Origin: Thermoproteota archaeon
GTDB taxonomy: Archaea; Thermoproteota; Thermoprotei; Thermofilales; B9-G17
Assembly (NCBI GenBank): GCA_029258885.1
Contig: JAPDJW010000001.1
Location: 215,466-279,465, forward strand
DNA length: 64,000 nt
Reading direction: 5' to 3'
The notes below the pieces were generated by a model. That model was not told the DNA's origin. It worked only from the letters and a program-made list of their open reading frames with translations, and did no database searches. This document shows positions 1 to 9,496 of the stretch, piece after piece. The translations under genes were made by a program, and so were the position numbers. Numbering within the stretch: the first letter of the stretch is position 1; each line of letters begins with the position of its first letter.

Positions 1-282
1 TACGGCGTTAAGGATAACAATTACCATTATTACAATGGCATCTTCCATCTCGCCAACGAATACCGATATGACTACAGAAGCGAGCAATATCAATACGAGA
101 ATGCTTTTAAATTGCTCGAGAAATATTGAAAGGACTCCACGTCTCTTTTCCACTAGGATTTCATTGTAGCCATATTCTATAAGCCTCTTCCTTGCCTCTT
201 TCTCATCCAAACCATGGGTAGAAGATGTTTGAAAATACTCAATAACTTCCTTAATATCCATTACGTGAAAATTATTATACAA
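1..282 (-). CDS. P-type cation-transporting ATPase (Ca2+/type II-like), N-terminal part; runs off window edge
   Basis: Not in ORF track. Manual translation from TTG at 282 (GGTGA RBS upstream): MYNNFHVMDIKEVIEYFQTSSTHGLDEKEARKRLIEYGYNE...FLEQFKSILVLILL...EMEDAIVIMVIVILNAV, the GL..EA..RL..YG.NE cation-ATPase N-terminal signature. Confidence 0.9.
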   Translation of the reverse strand, partial: MYNNFHVMDIKEVIEYFQTSSTHGLDEKEARKRLIEYGYNEILVEKRRGVLSIFLEQFKSILVLILLASVVISVFVGEMEDAIVIMVIVILNAV

Positions 283-334
283 GATAGTATCACCCAACTA
301 AGAAAAAATAAAAAGGTACTAGCGGGCATAGGTT

Positions 335-610
335 TTATTCCTGCTTTACTAGCACTATTTCAATTGTAGAGACCATTCTCTCTTTTCCAGGCTCTCCTAC
401 CTTCTCGCTTGAAATAGTTATGCTCTCCTCCTTAACTTTGCCCGGAAATATTCTCTTAACCATCTCAGCAGTATCTACGGCCTTTGAGATCGCTCTCCCT
501 CTTGCTTTAATCACCACCTTCTCCGTACCCATTGAAAACTGTGTAACAACTGCTAGAACATAGTTCGACGTTGGCTTAGCTCCTATAAGAACTGCTGCCT
601 CCTGGGACAT
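335..610 (-). CDS. albA: DNA/RNA-binding protein Alba
   Basis: IGAKPTSNYVLAV...KARGRAISKAVDTAE...STIEIVL Alba motifs; ATG at 610 preceded by AGGTGA. Confidence 0.95.
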   Translation of the reverse strand: MSQEAAVLIGAKPTSNYVLAVVTQFSMGTEKVVIKARGRAISKAVDTAEMVKRIFPGKVKEESITISSEKVGEPGKERMVSTIEIVLVKQE

Positions 611-784
611 TGTTGTCACCTTGCACATCATTTTATGATTGAATATTTAAAAGTTTCGACCAATATTCCGCATATGTTTGCATTTTAACGTTTGATTGTG
701 GACGCATCAGCAAGAGTGAAATGATTCGTTTAAATGTTTAAGCGCTATACATATAGGTATGTCTTTTAAACATTTTATAATTGG

Positions 785-831
785 ATGATGAGGTCTCAAT
801 TCGGATTAGTGAAGTTAAGAGAGTCAGCTGA
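785..831 (+). ncRNA. C/D box guide sRNA; D guide complementary to 23S rRNA helix 69
   Basis: C ATGATGA 785-791, D' CGGA 802-805, C' GTGAAGT 809-815, D CTGA 828-831; 815-827 is the reverse complement of CUGACUCUCUUAA. Confidence 0.8.
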
Positions 832-973
832 TGACTACGAACATGCTTCTAACACATGATAGGACTGCTATGAAAGCGTGCTCTAATTCTTAACGTATCT
901 TAAGCCTATTATCTTTGCATTCCCGCCCTACGCTAAAAGCTTATTTACCTATAAATTCGATAGAATACCCTGG

Positions 974-2200
974 GTGATGAATATGAGGAAAATCGTAGCT
1001 GATAGAATAGGCTTAATATCCTATGCGATTAGAGAGCTGGTTCCTCTCGCTAGGGAGATGGAGAGGAAGGGAGAGAAGGTAATTTACCTTAATATAGGAG
1101 ATCCTCTTAAGTACGATTTTGATACTCCCCATCATATAAAGGAGGCATTGTATGAGGGTACTCTAAAGGGGTATAATTATTACTCTGTATCCGAGGGCCT
1201 CGATGAGCTACGCGAAGCAATTGCATACAAGGAAAAGAAGTTTAACGGCGTAGATATAACGGCAGAGGAAGTTATAGTAACGCAAGGTGTATCTGAGGCC
1301 ATAGCATTCATCGCCGCAACTCTATTGAATTCGGGGGACGAAATACTTGTTCCTGACCCGACATACCCGCTATATCAGACGTATATACGGGTTTTTCATG
1401 GTAAGCCTGTTTTCTACGGCACCATTGAGGAGAACGGATGGCAGCCTGATATAGATGACATAAGGAGTAAGATAAGCGAAAAAACTAAAGCAATAGTTAT
1501 AATTAACCCTAATAATCCTACAGGGTCAGTCTACGACGAAAAAACTGTAAAGGCCATCCTTGATGTAGCAGCTGAACACGACATAATTGTCGTCAGCGAC
1601 GAAATCTATGATAGAATAGTTTTCGACGCTACGTTTAAGAGCACGGCCGCTCTTTCAAAGGATGTGCCAATAATAGGGTTAAACGGTTTCTCGAAGGTTT
1701 ATCTAATGACTGGATGGAGACTCGGCTATATGTACGTCTATGATCCCACGCAAAAGTATAGAGATATATTGGTTTCGGCGCTCGTAAAAATGGCGAGATG
1801 TAGACTATCGGCGTCCACTCCAGTCCAGTATGCAGGAATAGCTGCAATTAAAGGGCCACAGGACCATGTCAAGGACATGGTAGCTAAAATAAGGAGAAGA
1901 AGAGACTACTTGTACAAGCGTATATCCGAAATCGATGGGATGTCGTCTATACTGCCTAAAGGAGCCTTCTACATATTCCCCAATATAAGCAGAATAGAAA
2001 AAGACGATAAATTGTTTGCATTAAAGCTTCTTAAGGAAGAAAAAGTTCTAGTAGTGCATGGTTCAGGCTTTGGGCCATCGGGAGCAGGTCATCTCAGAAT
2101 AGTTCTCCTACCACCAATAGAACTGCTTGAAGAAGCAATGAGTAGAATAGAACATTTCATTAAGAAGACGTACGGAAATCGCGTGAGTAAAATTAATTAA
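974..2200 (+). CDS. PLP-dependent class I/II aminotransferase (Ala/Asp aminotransferase-like)
   Basis: LNIGDP, INPNNPTG, SDEIYD, GFSKVYLMTGWRLG (PLP Lys), GAFY motifs. Confidence 0.93.
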   Translation: MMNMRKIVADRIGLISYAIRELVPLAREMERKGEKVIYLNIGDPLKYDFDTPHHIKEALYEGTLKGYNYYSVSEGLDELREAIAYKEKKFNGVDITAEEVIVTQGVSEAIAFIAATLLNSGDEILVPDPTYPLYQTYIRVFHGKPVFYGTIEENGWQPDIDDIRSKISEKTKAIVIINPNNPTGSVYDEKTVKAILDVAAEHDIIVVSDEIYDRIVFDATFKSTAALSKDVPIIGLNGFSKVYLMTGWRLGYMYVYDPTQKYRDILVSALVKMARCRLSASTPVQYAGIAAIKGPQDHVKDMVAKIRRRRDYLYKRISEIDGMSSILPKGAFYIFPNISRIEKDDKLFALKLLKEEKVLVVHGSGFGPSGAGHLRIVLLPPIELLEEAMSRIEHFIKKTYGNRVSKIN

Positions 2201-2221
2201 GCAAAAATTCATCTATTTTAG

Positions 2222-2295
2222 GGGGCCGTAGTCCAGCCTGGTAGGATGCCTGGCTTGGGCCCAGGTGGTCCGGGGTTCAAATCCCCGCGGCCCCA
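2222..2295 (+). tRNA. tRNA-Pro(UGG), no intron
   Basis: GGGGCCG/CGGCCCC acceptor stem; anticodon arm CCTGG-CTTGGGC-CCAGG; T-loop GTTCAAATC. Confidence 0.97.
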
Positions 2296-2393
2296 CCTTG
2301 AGTTTTTTCCAGTGTTTCTAGTGAACCCACCTACCTTGATAAGGTTATCAAGAGTACTAGCGTAATCTAAATAATTATAGAAGAAAAACAGAA

Positions 2394-2467
2394 TGGGCGG
2401 GGTGGGACTTGAACCCACGACCCTCCGGTCTTCAGCCGGATGCTCTCCCAGGCTGAGCTACCCGCCC
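2394..2467 (-). tRNA. tRNA-Phe(GAA), no intron
   Basis: GGGCGGG/CCCGCCC stem; anticodon arm TCCGG-CTGAAGA-CCGGA; GTTCAAGTC. Confidence 0.97.
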
Positions 2468-2554
2468 TAACTAACATAATATAATCTGTTCAGGGGTTAT
2501 AAAAATTTCTCTGGATATGGTTAGAGCCCCGCTATATAAAAGGAGATACTAAGG

Positions 2555-2628
2555 CGCCGGGGGTGGGATTCGAACCCACGACCACGCGGTTAACAGCCGC
2601 GTGCTCTCCCAGGCTGAGCTACCCCGGC
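2555..2628 (-). tRNA. tRNA-Asn(GUU), no intron
   Basis: GCCGGGG/CCCCGGC stem; anticodon arm CGCGG-CTGTTAA-CCGCG. Confidence 0.97.
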
Positions 2629-2748
2629 TGAAGGAAATCAGTGAATACTATCAGCAAATCGTTTAATAAAGTTTTCTAGATTATTCAAGCCAGGTTGAGA
2701 GAATCCTAACCGTGAAAATACGAATAATTCGTGTCTTAGAATGGGAGG

Positions 2749-2833
2749 TGCGGGGGGTGGGATTCGAACCCACGTAGGCCTACGCCACCGGATCTTGAGT
2801 CCGGCCCCTTTGACCTAGCTCGGGCACCCCCGC
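2749..2833 (-). tRNA. tRNA-Leu(CAA), long variable arm, no intron
   Basis: GCGGGGG/CCCCCGC stem; anticodon arm CCGGA-CTCAAGA-TCCGG; variable arm GGCGTAGGCCT. Confidence 0.97.
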
Positions 2834-2928
2834 CTACGTATGATATACGCATTTTCCTATGTAACTTTTTTCTTCATTCTTTCGATAGTACTATAAATAT
2901 TTTTGCTAAGAAAATATAGGGTGATCGA

Positions 2929-3234
2929 GTGAAAAAGGCTAAAGCAGTCGTATTTTTTATAGCATTACTCCTAGTTTTCATGTATAGGCCGAAGGCGTAT
3001 GCAAGCCCCGAGGAGATAGTGATGAACGCAATCCAATACGTTGAAAGCTTCTTAAAAACGGTATTAAACCGAATCTATTCGCTTGCGCTTGATGTAATGA
3101 GGTTAGCGTATAATGCAATGCTAGCTGTAGGTATACTCCTATATGCCACGGGTTTCGATTCATTTAGAGGTAAAAGATTAATAGTAGGGGCACTAGTACT
3201 AGCAGCTGCAACCGAAGGGTTAGCGACAATCTAA
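2929..3234 (+). CDS. small secreted/membrane protein, TrbC/VirB2-type pilin-like
   Basis: Signal peptide ending AYA|S, amphipathic helix, then two hydrophobic helices joined by G-F-D-S-F-R-G-K-R; GGTGA RBS before GTG. Confidence 0.6.
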   Translation: MKKAKAVVFFIALLLVFMYRPKAYASPEEIVMNAIQYVESFLKTVLNRIYSLALDVMRLAYNAMLAVGILLYATGFDSFRGKRLIVGALVLAAATEGLATI

Positions 3235-3328
3235 TGCCTTATATCTCTGTACGTTAAAGAATATCAGATAATGGAGCGGTTTTAACGTTTTTCCTCATTC
3301 ATTAATAAAACTACGCTCCTTAACTCGT

Positions 3329-3595
3329 CTACAGTTCTTTCTCAGATTCTTGGTCGAGTTTCACTAGTATGAAGCTATCCATGAAAAATATGAGGATGAG
3401 TGCCTGCAATGCTGTTGCAGATCTGTCATTCATGTTCCCATACTCCTCAAGAAGGAAGTATGGGCGAGATGGAGTCCCTGCCGCAAGATACAATACATCA
3501 CCCTCCTGTATAGAATGAAACGGTAGAGATAAACAGTTAGCGATTTTCTGGCACCTAGCATGCGATGTTCCCCATGCTAGAGAAAACAAAATCAA
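3329..3595 (-). CDS. possible hypothetical protein (88 aa), doubtful
   Basis: Only ORF in the spacer; TATA-like AAAGTATAAA about 35 nt upstream; no recognisable motif; region is hairpin-rich. Confidence 0.25.
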   Translation of the reverse strand: MILFSLAWGTSHARCQKIANCLSLPFHSIQEGDVLYLAAGTPSRPYFLLEEYGNMNDRSATALQALILIFFMDSFILVKLDQESEKEL

Positions 3596-3687
3596 GGAAT
3601 TAAGAATAAGACGAGAGAGAAATCAATTTATACTTTAGTTAAGGAAATCAATAAGTTAAATTGGGAAGTGTATTAGTGCTGTAGAGG

Positions 3688-4953
3688 TTGTTTGACTTGG
3701 AGACGCTCTGTGGTTGGATAAATGAGAAAAAGGATATTGGAGGCATAGTTTTCTTAACAGTCGTTCCGGATAACGGGATAAAGCCTATAGTAGCTGTCTG
3801 TAAAAAAGGTAGAAACCCTGAAGTATGGAAAGTAGCGAAGAAGCTTAAAATTGGCTCGGCCGTAAGGATAGATGGACAATACGCTGAAACTCAAATAAGC
3901 AAGAAAGGGCTCGAGTTTATTCCATGCAAAATTGTTGTCGTATCAGAGATGAGCGAAGAGAAAATACCTATAGATTTTTCCGGAAAAACACCTTTCTTGC
4001 TTGATACGAAGCTGGATTATAGATACTTAACCTTAAGGCTTCCTCGTGAGAGAGCAATATTCATAATACGATCTGAGATCTTAAAGTTAGCTAGGGAATG
4101 GTTCTATAAAAATGGCTTTATAGAGGTTCATACGCCTAAGCTATGTGGCGCCGGAGCAGAGGGAGGAGCAACAGTCTTCGAATTAAATTACTTCGAGAAA
4201 AAAGCATACTTAGCGCAAAGCCCCCAGTTATATAAGCAGATGTTAATGAGTGGACTTGAAAAGGTGTTTGAAATTACTCCCTACTTTAGGGCTGAAAAAT
4301 TCTCAACTACCAGACACTTAAACGAAAGCTGGGGAATAGACATGGAAGTAGGCTTTATCGATAATGAAGAGGATATAATGCGTTTACTTGAAGACCTAAT
4401 AGTCCATCTAGTTGAAGGTTTAGCTGAGAGATGTAGCAAGGAATTGAAGATATTAAATGTTAAACTTAAAGCTCCCGAAAAACCATTCCCCAGAATAAAA
4501 TACGACGAAGTCCTCGAAATACTTAGGAGGAGGGGTGTCGAAATAGAGTGGGGAGAAGACTTGGGTGATCGAGAGGAGAAAATATTGGGAGAAGAAATGA
4601 CAAAAAGCGGCATAGATTTCTACTTTATTACGAAGTATCCATGGAAGGTAAAGCCTTTCTACATAATGAGGGAGAATTACCTAAGTAGATCGTTCGACCT
4701 AGATTGTAAAGGACTTGAACTTGCTTCAGGTGGTCAAAGGGAGCATAGAATAAACGAATTAGTAAATAATATGCTTGAGAAAGGACTAAATCCTAAGGAC
4801 TTTGAGTTCTATCTCGAAGCCTTCCGATACGCTATGCCTCCCCATGGAGGATACGGCCTAGGCGTTGAAAGACTAATGATGAAATTACTGAACTTGAAAA
4901 ATATAAGAGAGGCAATTCTATTTCCAAGAGATAGGTGGAGGCTTGTTCCTTGA
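3688..4953 (+). CDS. aspS: aspartyl-tRNA synthetase (archaeal type)
   Basis: OB-fold GW..E.KDIGG, GAEGGATVF, LAQSPQLYKQ, FRAEK..T.RHLNE, PPHGGYGLGVERL class II motifs. Confidence 0.93.
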   Translation: MFDLETLCGWINEKKDIGGIVFLTVVPDNGIKPIVAVCKKGRNPEVWKVAKKLKIGSAVRIDGQYAETQISKKGLEFIPCKIVVVSEMSEEKIPIDFSGKTPFLLDTKLDYRYLTLRLPRERAIFIIRSEILKLAREWFYKNGFIEVHTPKLCGAGAEGGATVFELNYFEKKAYLAQSPQLYKQMLMSGLEKVFEITPYFRAEKFSTTRHLNESWGIDMEVGFIDNEEDIMRLLEDLIVHLVEGLAERCSKELKILNVKLKAPEKPFPRIKYDEVLEILRRRGVEIEWGEDLGDREEKILGEEMTKSGIDFYFITKYPWKVKPFYIMRENYLSRSFDLDCKGLELASGGQREHRINELVNNMLEKGLNPKDFEFYLEAFRYAMPPHGGYGLGVERLMMKLLNLKNIREAILFPRDRWRLVP

Positions 4954-5501
4954 ATTATGGTACAAGTGTTCATGAAAGCATCGAAAAATGCCCAGTCTGT
5001 GGATTGAATAAATTGCATAAAAACGAGGTTATCTATGATGTTCCTCTTCTAGGCCAAGTAGTAATCTTTTCGTGCTACTGTGAGGCGTGCGGATATAGAC
5101 ATATGGACATTGTTAGCATGGAGTTGAAGGGCGGACGACGAATATCGTATGTGGTGGAGGATGAGGAGGATATCTACGCAAAAATTGTAAGAGCTCCCAC
5201 GGCGACAATAAAGGTTCCAGAGCTAGGGACGACAATTAGACCGGGGCCAGCCGCTCAGGCTTTCATTACAAACGTAGAGGGACTAATGGAGCGCATAAGG
5301 GATGCCATAGAGATGGCTATACGGTGGAGCGAAAGTGATGAGGAGAAAAAGCAGGGATTAGCCTACTTAAAGAAAATAGAAGAAATCTTAAATGGTAATG
5401 AGAAAGCGACAATAATAATCGAGGATCCTCTCGGAAATAGTTTTATAATACCGCCAAAAGGAAGAGAAAAGAAGTTAAAAATAGAGTATATGGAGTATTA
5501 A
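4950..5501 (+). CDS. ZPR1-type zinc finger protein
   Basis: CPVC...CEACGYR, PELG..I.PGPAAQAFITNVEG, IEDPLGNS; TTG start overlapping aspS stop. Confidence 0.92.
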   Translation: MNYGTSVHESIEKCPVCGLNKLHKNEVIYDVPLLGQVVIFSCYCEACGYRHMDIVSMELKGGRRISYVVEDEEDIYAKIVRAPTATIKVPELGTTIRPGPAAQAFITNVEGLMERIRDAIEMAIRWSESDEEKKQGLAYLKKIEEILNGNEKATIIIEDPLGNSFIIPPKGREKKLKIEYMEY

Positions 5502-5503
5502 AT

Positions 5504-6220
<717 letters not shown>

Positions 6221-6324
6221 TTAATATTACTCTTCTGAGTTTTCAAACCGTAGTCATGCGGAGGCTAAAGTACGTGAGCTTAATTAATGGCTTATAAATA
6301 TGAATATCTTAGAGGTATAGGGCA

Positions 6325-7443
6325 ATGTGGTATATTTTGAGACCTGACTCGATTACGGTATGGAAGAATACAGAGGTAAAGAGGAGATTGAGTCATTACT
6401 ATCGCGTAATGACTAATAAAAGGCCTGCTAAATACTTGATAGTGAAGAGAGTGGAGGTTAACGATGATATAGATGATATGTCATACGAAGAGTTATGGAA
6501 TCTTCATGACAAAATTAGCAACGAGTTTACACGTATCTACGGGGAAATAGTTCGGGAGGAAATTTTGCCGGAAAACCTCGATAAATATTTGTCTAAACCT
6601 AAGGTTAGTTTTCTTGACCTGAAAATTAAGCTTGTCAATATAATGATTAGGAGCTGTATTCTTTGTGAATGGAGATGTAAGGTAAATAGGCTTAAGGGAC
6701 AAAGAGGAGCATGTGGTTTAAATAGCGAGACGAGAGTTGCATCGTATTTCCATCACTGGGGAGAAGAAGCTCCTCTCGTTCCTTCAGGAACCATATTTTT
6801 CACTGGTTGTAGCTTCAAATGCGTCTTCTGTCAGAACTGGGATATATCCACGAGACCTGAAAACGGGGAGCTAGTATCTCCTGAGAAGTTAGCTGAAATA
6901 GCCACGAGACTTAGAATTTCGGGGGCAAGAAACATAAACTATGTCGGCGGAAATCCTGACCAACATCTCCATACGATAATTTCTTCTCTAAAATATATGG
7001 ACATAAATGTGCCTCTTCTCTGGAATAGTAATTTCTACATGAGCCTTGAAAGCATGAAGCTACTTAGAGATATAATAGATATATGGCTACCAGATTTTAA
7101 ATATGGAAACAACAATTGCGCATTAAGGCTGTCAAAAGTTAAGAACTACTTTGAGGTGGTATCAAGGAACCATAGGATTGCCTGTAACACCTCAGATATT
7201 ATAATAAGACATCTAGTGCTTCCGAATCACCTCGATTGTTGTACAATACCTGTCTTAGAATGGATTGCTAAAAATTGTCCTAATGCATTGGTAAATGTCA
7301 TGGATCAATATCATCCAGACCACCTTGTCCTAACATATCCGGAAAGATACAAGGATATAGCTAGAAGGCTCAGGAGCGATGAAATAGCAAGAGCTTTTGA
7401 AGTTGCGGAGGAGCTAGGTCTGGTCTTTAAGCCGATATCGTAG
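6325..7443 (+). CDS. radical SAM protein, PflX-like (PFL-activating enzyme family)
   Basis: CILCEWRC..NR extra cluster; GTIFFTGCSFKCVFCQNWDIS CxxxCxxC; DIWLPDFKYGN; IIRHLVLPNH. Confidence 0.88.
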   Translation: MWYILRPDSITVWKNTEVKRRLSHYYRVMTNKRPAKYLIVKRVEVNDDIDDMSYEELWNLHDKISNEFTRIYGEIVREEILPENLDKYLSKPKVSFLDLKIKLVNIMIRSCILCEWRCKVNRLKGQRGACGLNSETRVASYFHHWGEEAPLVPSGTIFFTGCSFKCVFCQNWDISTRPENGELVSPEKLAEIATRLRISGARNINYVGGNPDQHLHTIISSLKYMDINVPLLWNSNFYMSLESMKLLRDIIDIWLPDFKYGNNNCALRLSKVKNYFEVVSRNHRIACNTSDIIIRHLVLPNHLDCCTIPVLEWIAKNCPNALVNVMDQYHPDHLVLTYPERYKDIARRLRSDEIARAFEVAEELGLVFKPIS

Positions 7444-7480
7444 TTTTCGCCGGGACTATAAGGGATTTTATCATAGATAA

Positions 7481-7750
7481 TTGAGAAACATGATGATCCT
7501 AATCTTAAAAACCATAGTCCAAATAGTTAGGAGGAGAAGGGGGTCACAGCTAGTAGAAGAAGGATTACTGCTTGGAATATCCCTAATAGCATTAATGATA
7601 GTTGTTTCCATGGTGTCGGGACTGCTGACAACCATACAGACGGCCGTTGCAAGCACCCAGGATTCCTTCGATAAATTCCTTACACAGGTATTTCGGGATG
7701 ATTTTAATAAGATCTGGGAGTTTATATTTGGACAGAAAGTGCAAGGCTAA
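7481..7750 (+). CDS. class III signal peptide protein (type IV/Flp-like pilin)
   Basis: RRRRG|SQLVEEGLLLGISLIALMIVV: basic leader, Gly cleavage site, Glu at +5, hydrophobic helix. Confidence 0.75.
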   Translation: MRNMMILILKTIVQIVRRRRGSQLVEEGLLLGISLIALMIVVSMVSGLLTTIQTAVASTQDSFDKFLTQVFRDDFNKIWEFIFGQKVQG

Positions 7751-9375
7751 AGAATTTCCTCTAAAATCCCGGAAATTTCTCTCATTTTTTTATCTCTCTC
7801 AGCCTCTATTTCATTCAAAGTCCTCTCAAAATCCCTTCTACTAATCCTGCCCCTCCTTCTATCTTCTATTATTCTCTCAAGCTCTCTCTCGCAATCCTTA
7901 ATTTCAGCCATTAGTCGCTTAATCTCATCAGCAACATGCCTAAAGCCTGGACTTATTTCTTCCATCTCTTTTATCTTTGCTCCAATATCCTGTTCCAGTG
8001 CCGCGATTTTCCTGGAAATGCTGAGTAGCCTCTGCCTATACACATGCCTTGAGATCTTCCTTTCCAGATATCTAAGCCTCAACTCCTTTCTACGTTCAAT
8101 TAAATCAAATAACTTGACATAGTTGTTCCTTAGACTCTCCACTAAGGAACGGTATTCAATTTTTTCTACAACTACAGTAGGTATTTTTCTCTTCGAATAA
8201 AAGCCCTTATAGTATGCAAAAAGTAGCAGAGAAGGTATAAGTATAACGGCTCCAATTTTAAGATACTGAAAGTACTTTGCGAATGTGTTAATGCTAGCGT
8301 TTATCTTAACTTCTGTATTAACCGGGAGATCAGGTATAGAAGGAATTTTATCTTTAAACAAAGCTACCTGATATATACCCTTTACAAATCTTTCCGATGG
8401 AGACATACTTATATCACGTATTTCCCCTAGAACCCTTATATAGACACTTGAGTTTAACACCATAATGTTTGGATTGAAGAATGCGTTCACAATTAATTCT
8501 CCGTTCTCAGAGAAAGCTGGAATAGTATATTCTATAGTTAGTTCTGCTATTTCTCCGGGGGCAGGTGGAGCTACCAACGCAACGGTAAGTTTAGTACTAT
8601 TTTCCGAGGCTGATACTTCGTATTGACCTATACCGCCTCCGCGAATATATTTGCCGAGCACACCCCTAACGCACTTTATAGTAGCGTTTGCTGGTAAGTT
8701 TAGGTGAACCCTAGATACCCTATAATTCCCTATGCTCTCCAGAACCATATAGTCGATAACCGTAACTTTTCCAGTATCCTCTATTAGAATTGTTCGGTTC
8801 AAGACGTTGCATCTAAGCCATAGCCATTCAGTTGATCTAAGGATTATTTCAGCGCGAAGTTTCTCCGCTGCGGAAACACAGCTTATAACGCCATGTGCTG
8901 TACTAGTATATTTCGTAAAAACCGGAGGATAAGCTATATCCCACTCAGATGCTATATCCTGGATTATATCAATATCGCATGAAACATTAAATTCGAGGGG
9001 GGCAATTAGTGATAATGGTATATCAACTTTCGTTATACTTCCCTCTACTTTAAACACGTCCTTTAAAATGAAGACCAGCTTAGTATCAATGGAGTATTGA
9101 ACTGATATAATATCGTCTCCTGTATCTACTATGCTATACTCTGTGCCCTTAATTAGATAAATTCTGACGATATAGTCTTTATATTCGGAGATGTTATACG
9201 TTAACCTTGGATAATTACCTGAAATATTATAGCTAACCTGCATTACTACGTAGCCTTCTTTAATAGTTATCTTACAATATGCTTTCTCCACGTTTCCATC
9301 AGCGAAAACATATATCGGAAGAGAAAGCGCTATAGAAGCAGTAAGAAGCAGTAATATGAGAGTTCTTCGATTCAC
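7747..9375 (-). CDS. ribophorin I (Ost1/RPN1)-like type I membrane protein
   Basis: Signal peptide from GTG 9375 (GAGGTG RBS), beta-rich ectodomain with NRTILIEDTGKVTVIDY..LP.NA...PGE...IEYTIP, one TM helix, long cytosolic coiled coil. Confidence 0.6.
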   Translation of the reverse strand: MNRRTLILLLLTASIALSLPIYVFADGNVEKAYCKITIKEGYVVMQVSYNISGNYPRLTYNISEYKDYIVRIYLIKGTEYSIVDTGDDIISVQYSIDTKLVFILKDVFKVEGSITKVDIPLSLIAPLEFNVSCDIDIIQDIASEWDIAYPPVFTKYTSTAHGVISCVSAAEKLRAEIILRSTEWLWLRCNVLNRTILIEDTGKVTVIDYMVLESIGNYRVSRVHLNLPANATIKCVRGVLGKYIRGGGIGQYEVSASENSTKLTVALVAPPAPGEIAELTIEYTIPAFSENGELIVNAFFNPNIMVLNSSVYIRVLGEIRDISMSPSERFVKGIYQVALFKDKIPSIPDLPVNTEVKINASINTFAKYFQYLKIGAVILIPSLLLFAYYKGFYSKRKIPTVVVEKIEYRSLVESLRNNYVKLFDLIERRKELRLRYLERKISRHVYRQRLLSISRKIAALEQDIGAKIKEMEEISPGFRHVADEIKRLMAEIKDCERELERIIEDRRRGRISRRDFERTLNEIEAERDKKMREISGILEEIL

Positions 9376-9496
9376 TGGAGCCACCTCTAAACTAGCGTAG
9401 TGTAAACATGCAAAACATGACAACATTTATATTTCTTTCGTTTTGTCAAGATAAGGTATAAGTATGCTTCTACGAAAAAGTTAGAAGGTATACACA

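Noticed and set aside
732-775. 10-bp inverted repeat AAATGTTTAA/TTAAACATTT
   Set aside because: Very AT-rich, lies in divergent promoter sequence, no K-turn or ACA box; likely chance or promoter-related
831-895. Second C/D-like sRNA after 785-831 (ATGACTA...CTAA...ATGATAG)
   Set aside because: Boxes are degenerate and the second guide/D-box spacing does not fit
2218-2418. 66-aa minus-strand ORF
   Set aside because: Antisense reading of tRNA-Pro and tRNA-Phe sequence
3460-3500. GATGGAGTCCCTGCC resembling the RNase P P4 5' strand
   Set aside because: No GAGGAAAGUCC consensus, no matching 3' P4 strand, and low GC
6230-6270. Minus-strand ATGACTA...CAGA half C/D motif
   Set aside because: No C'/D half
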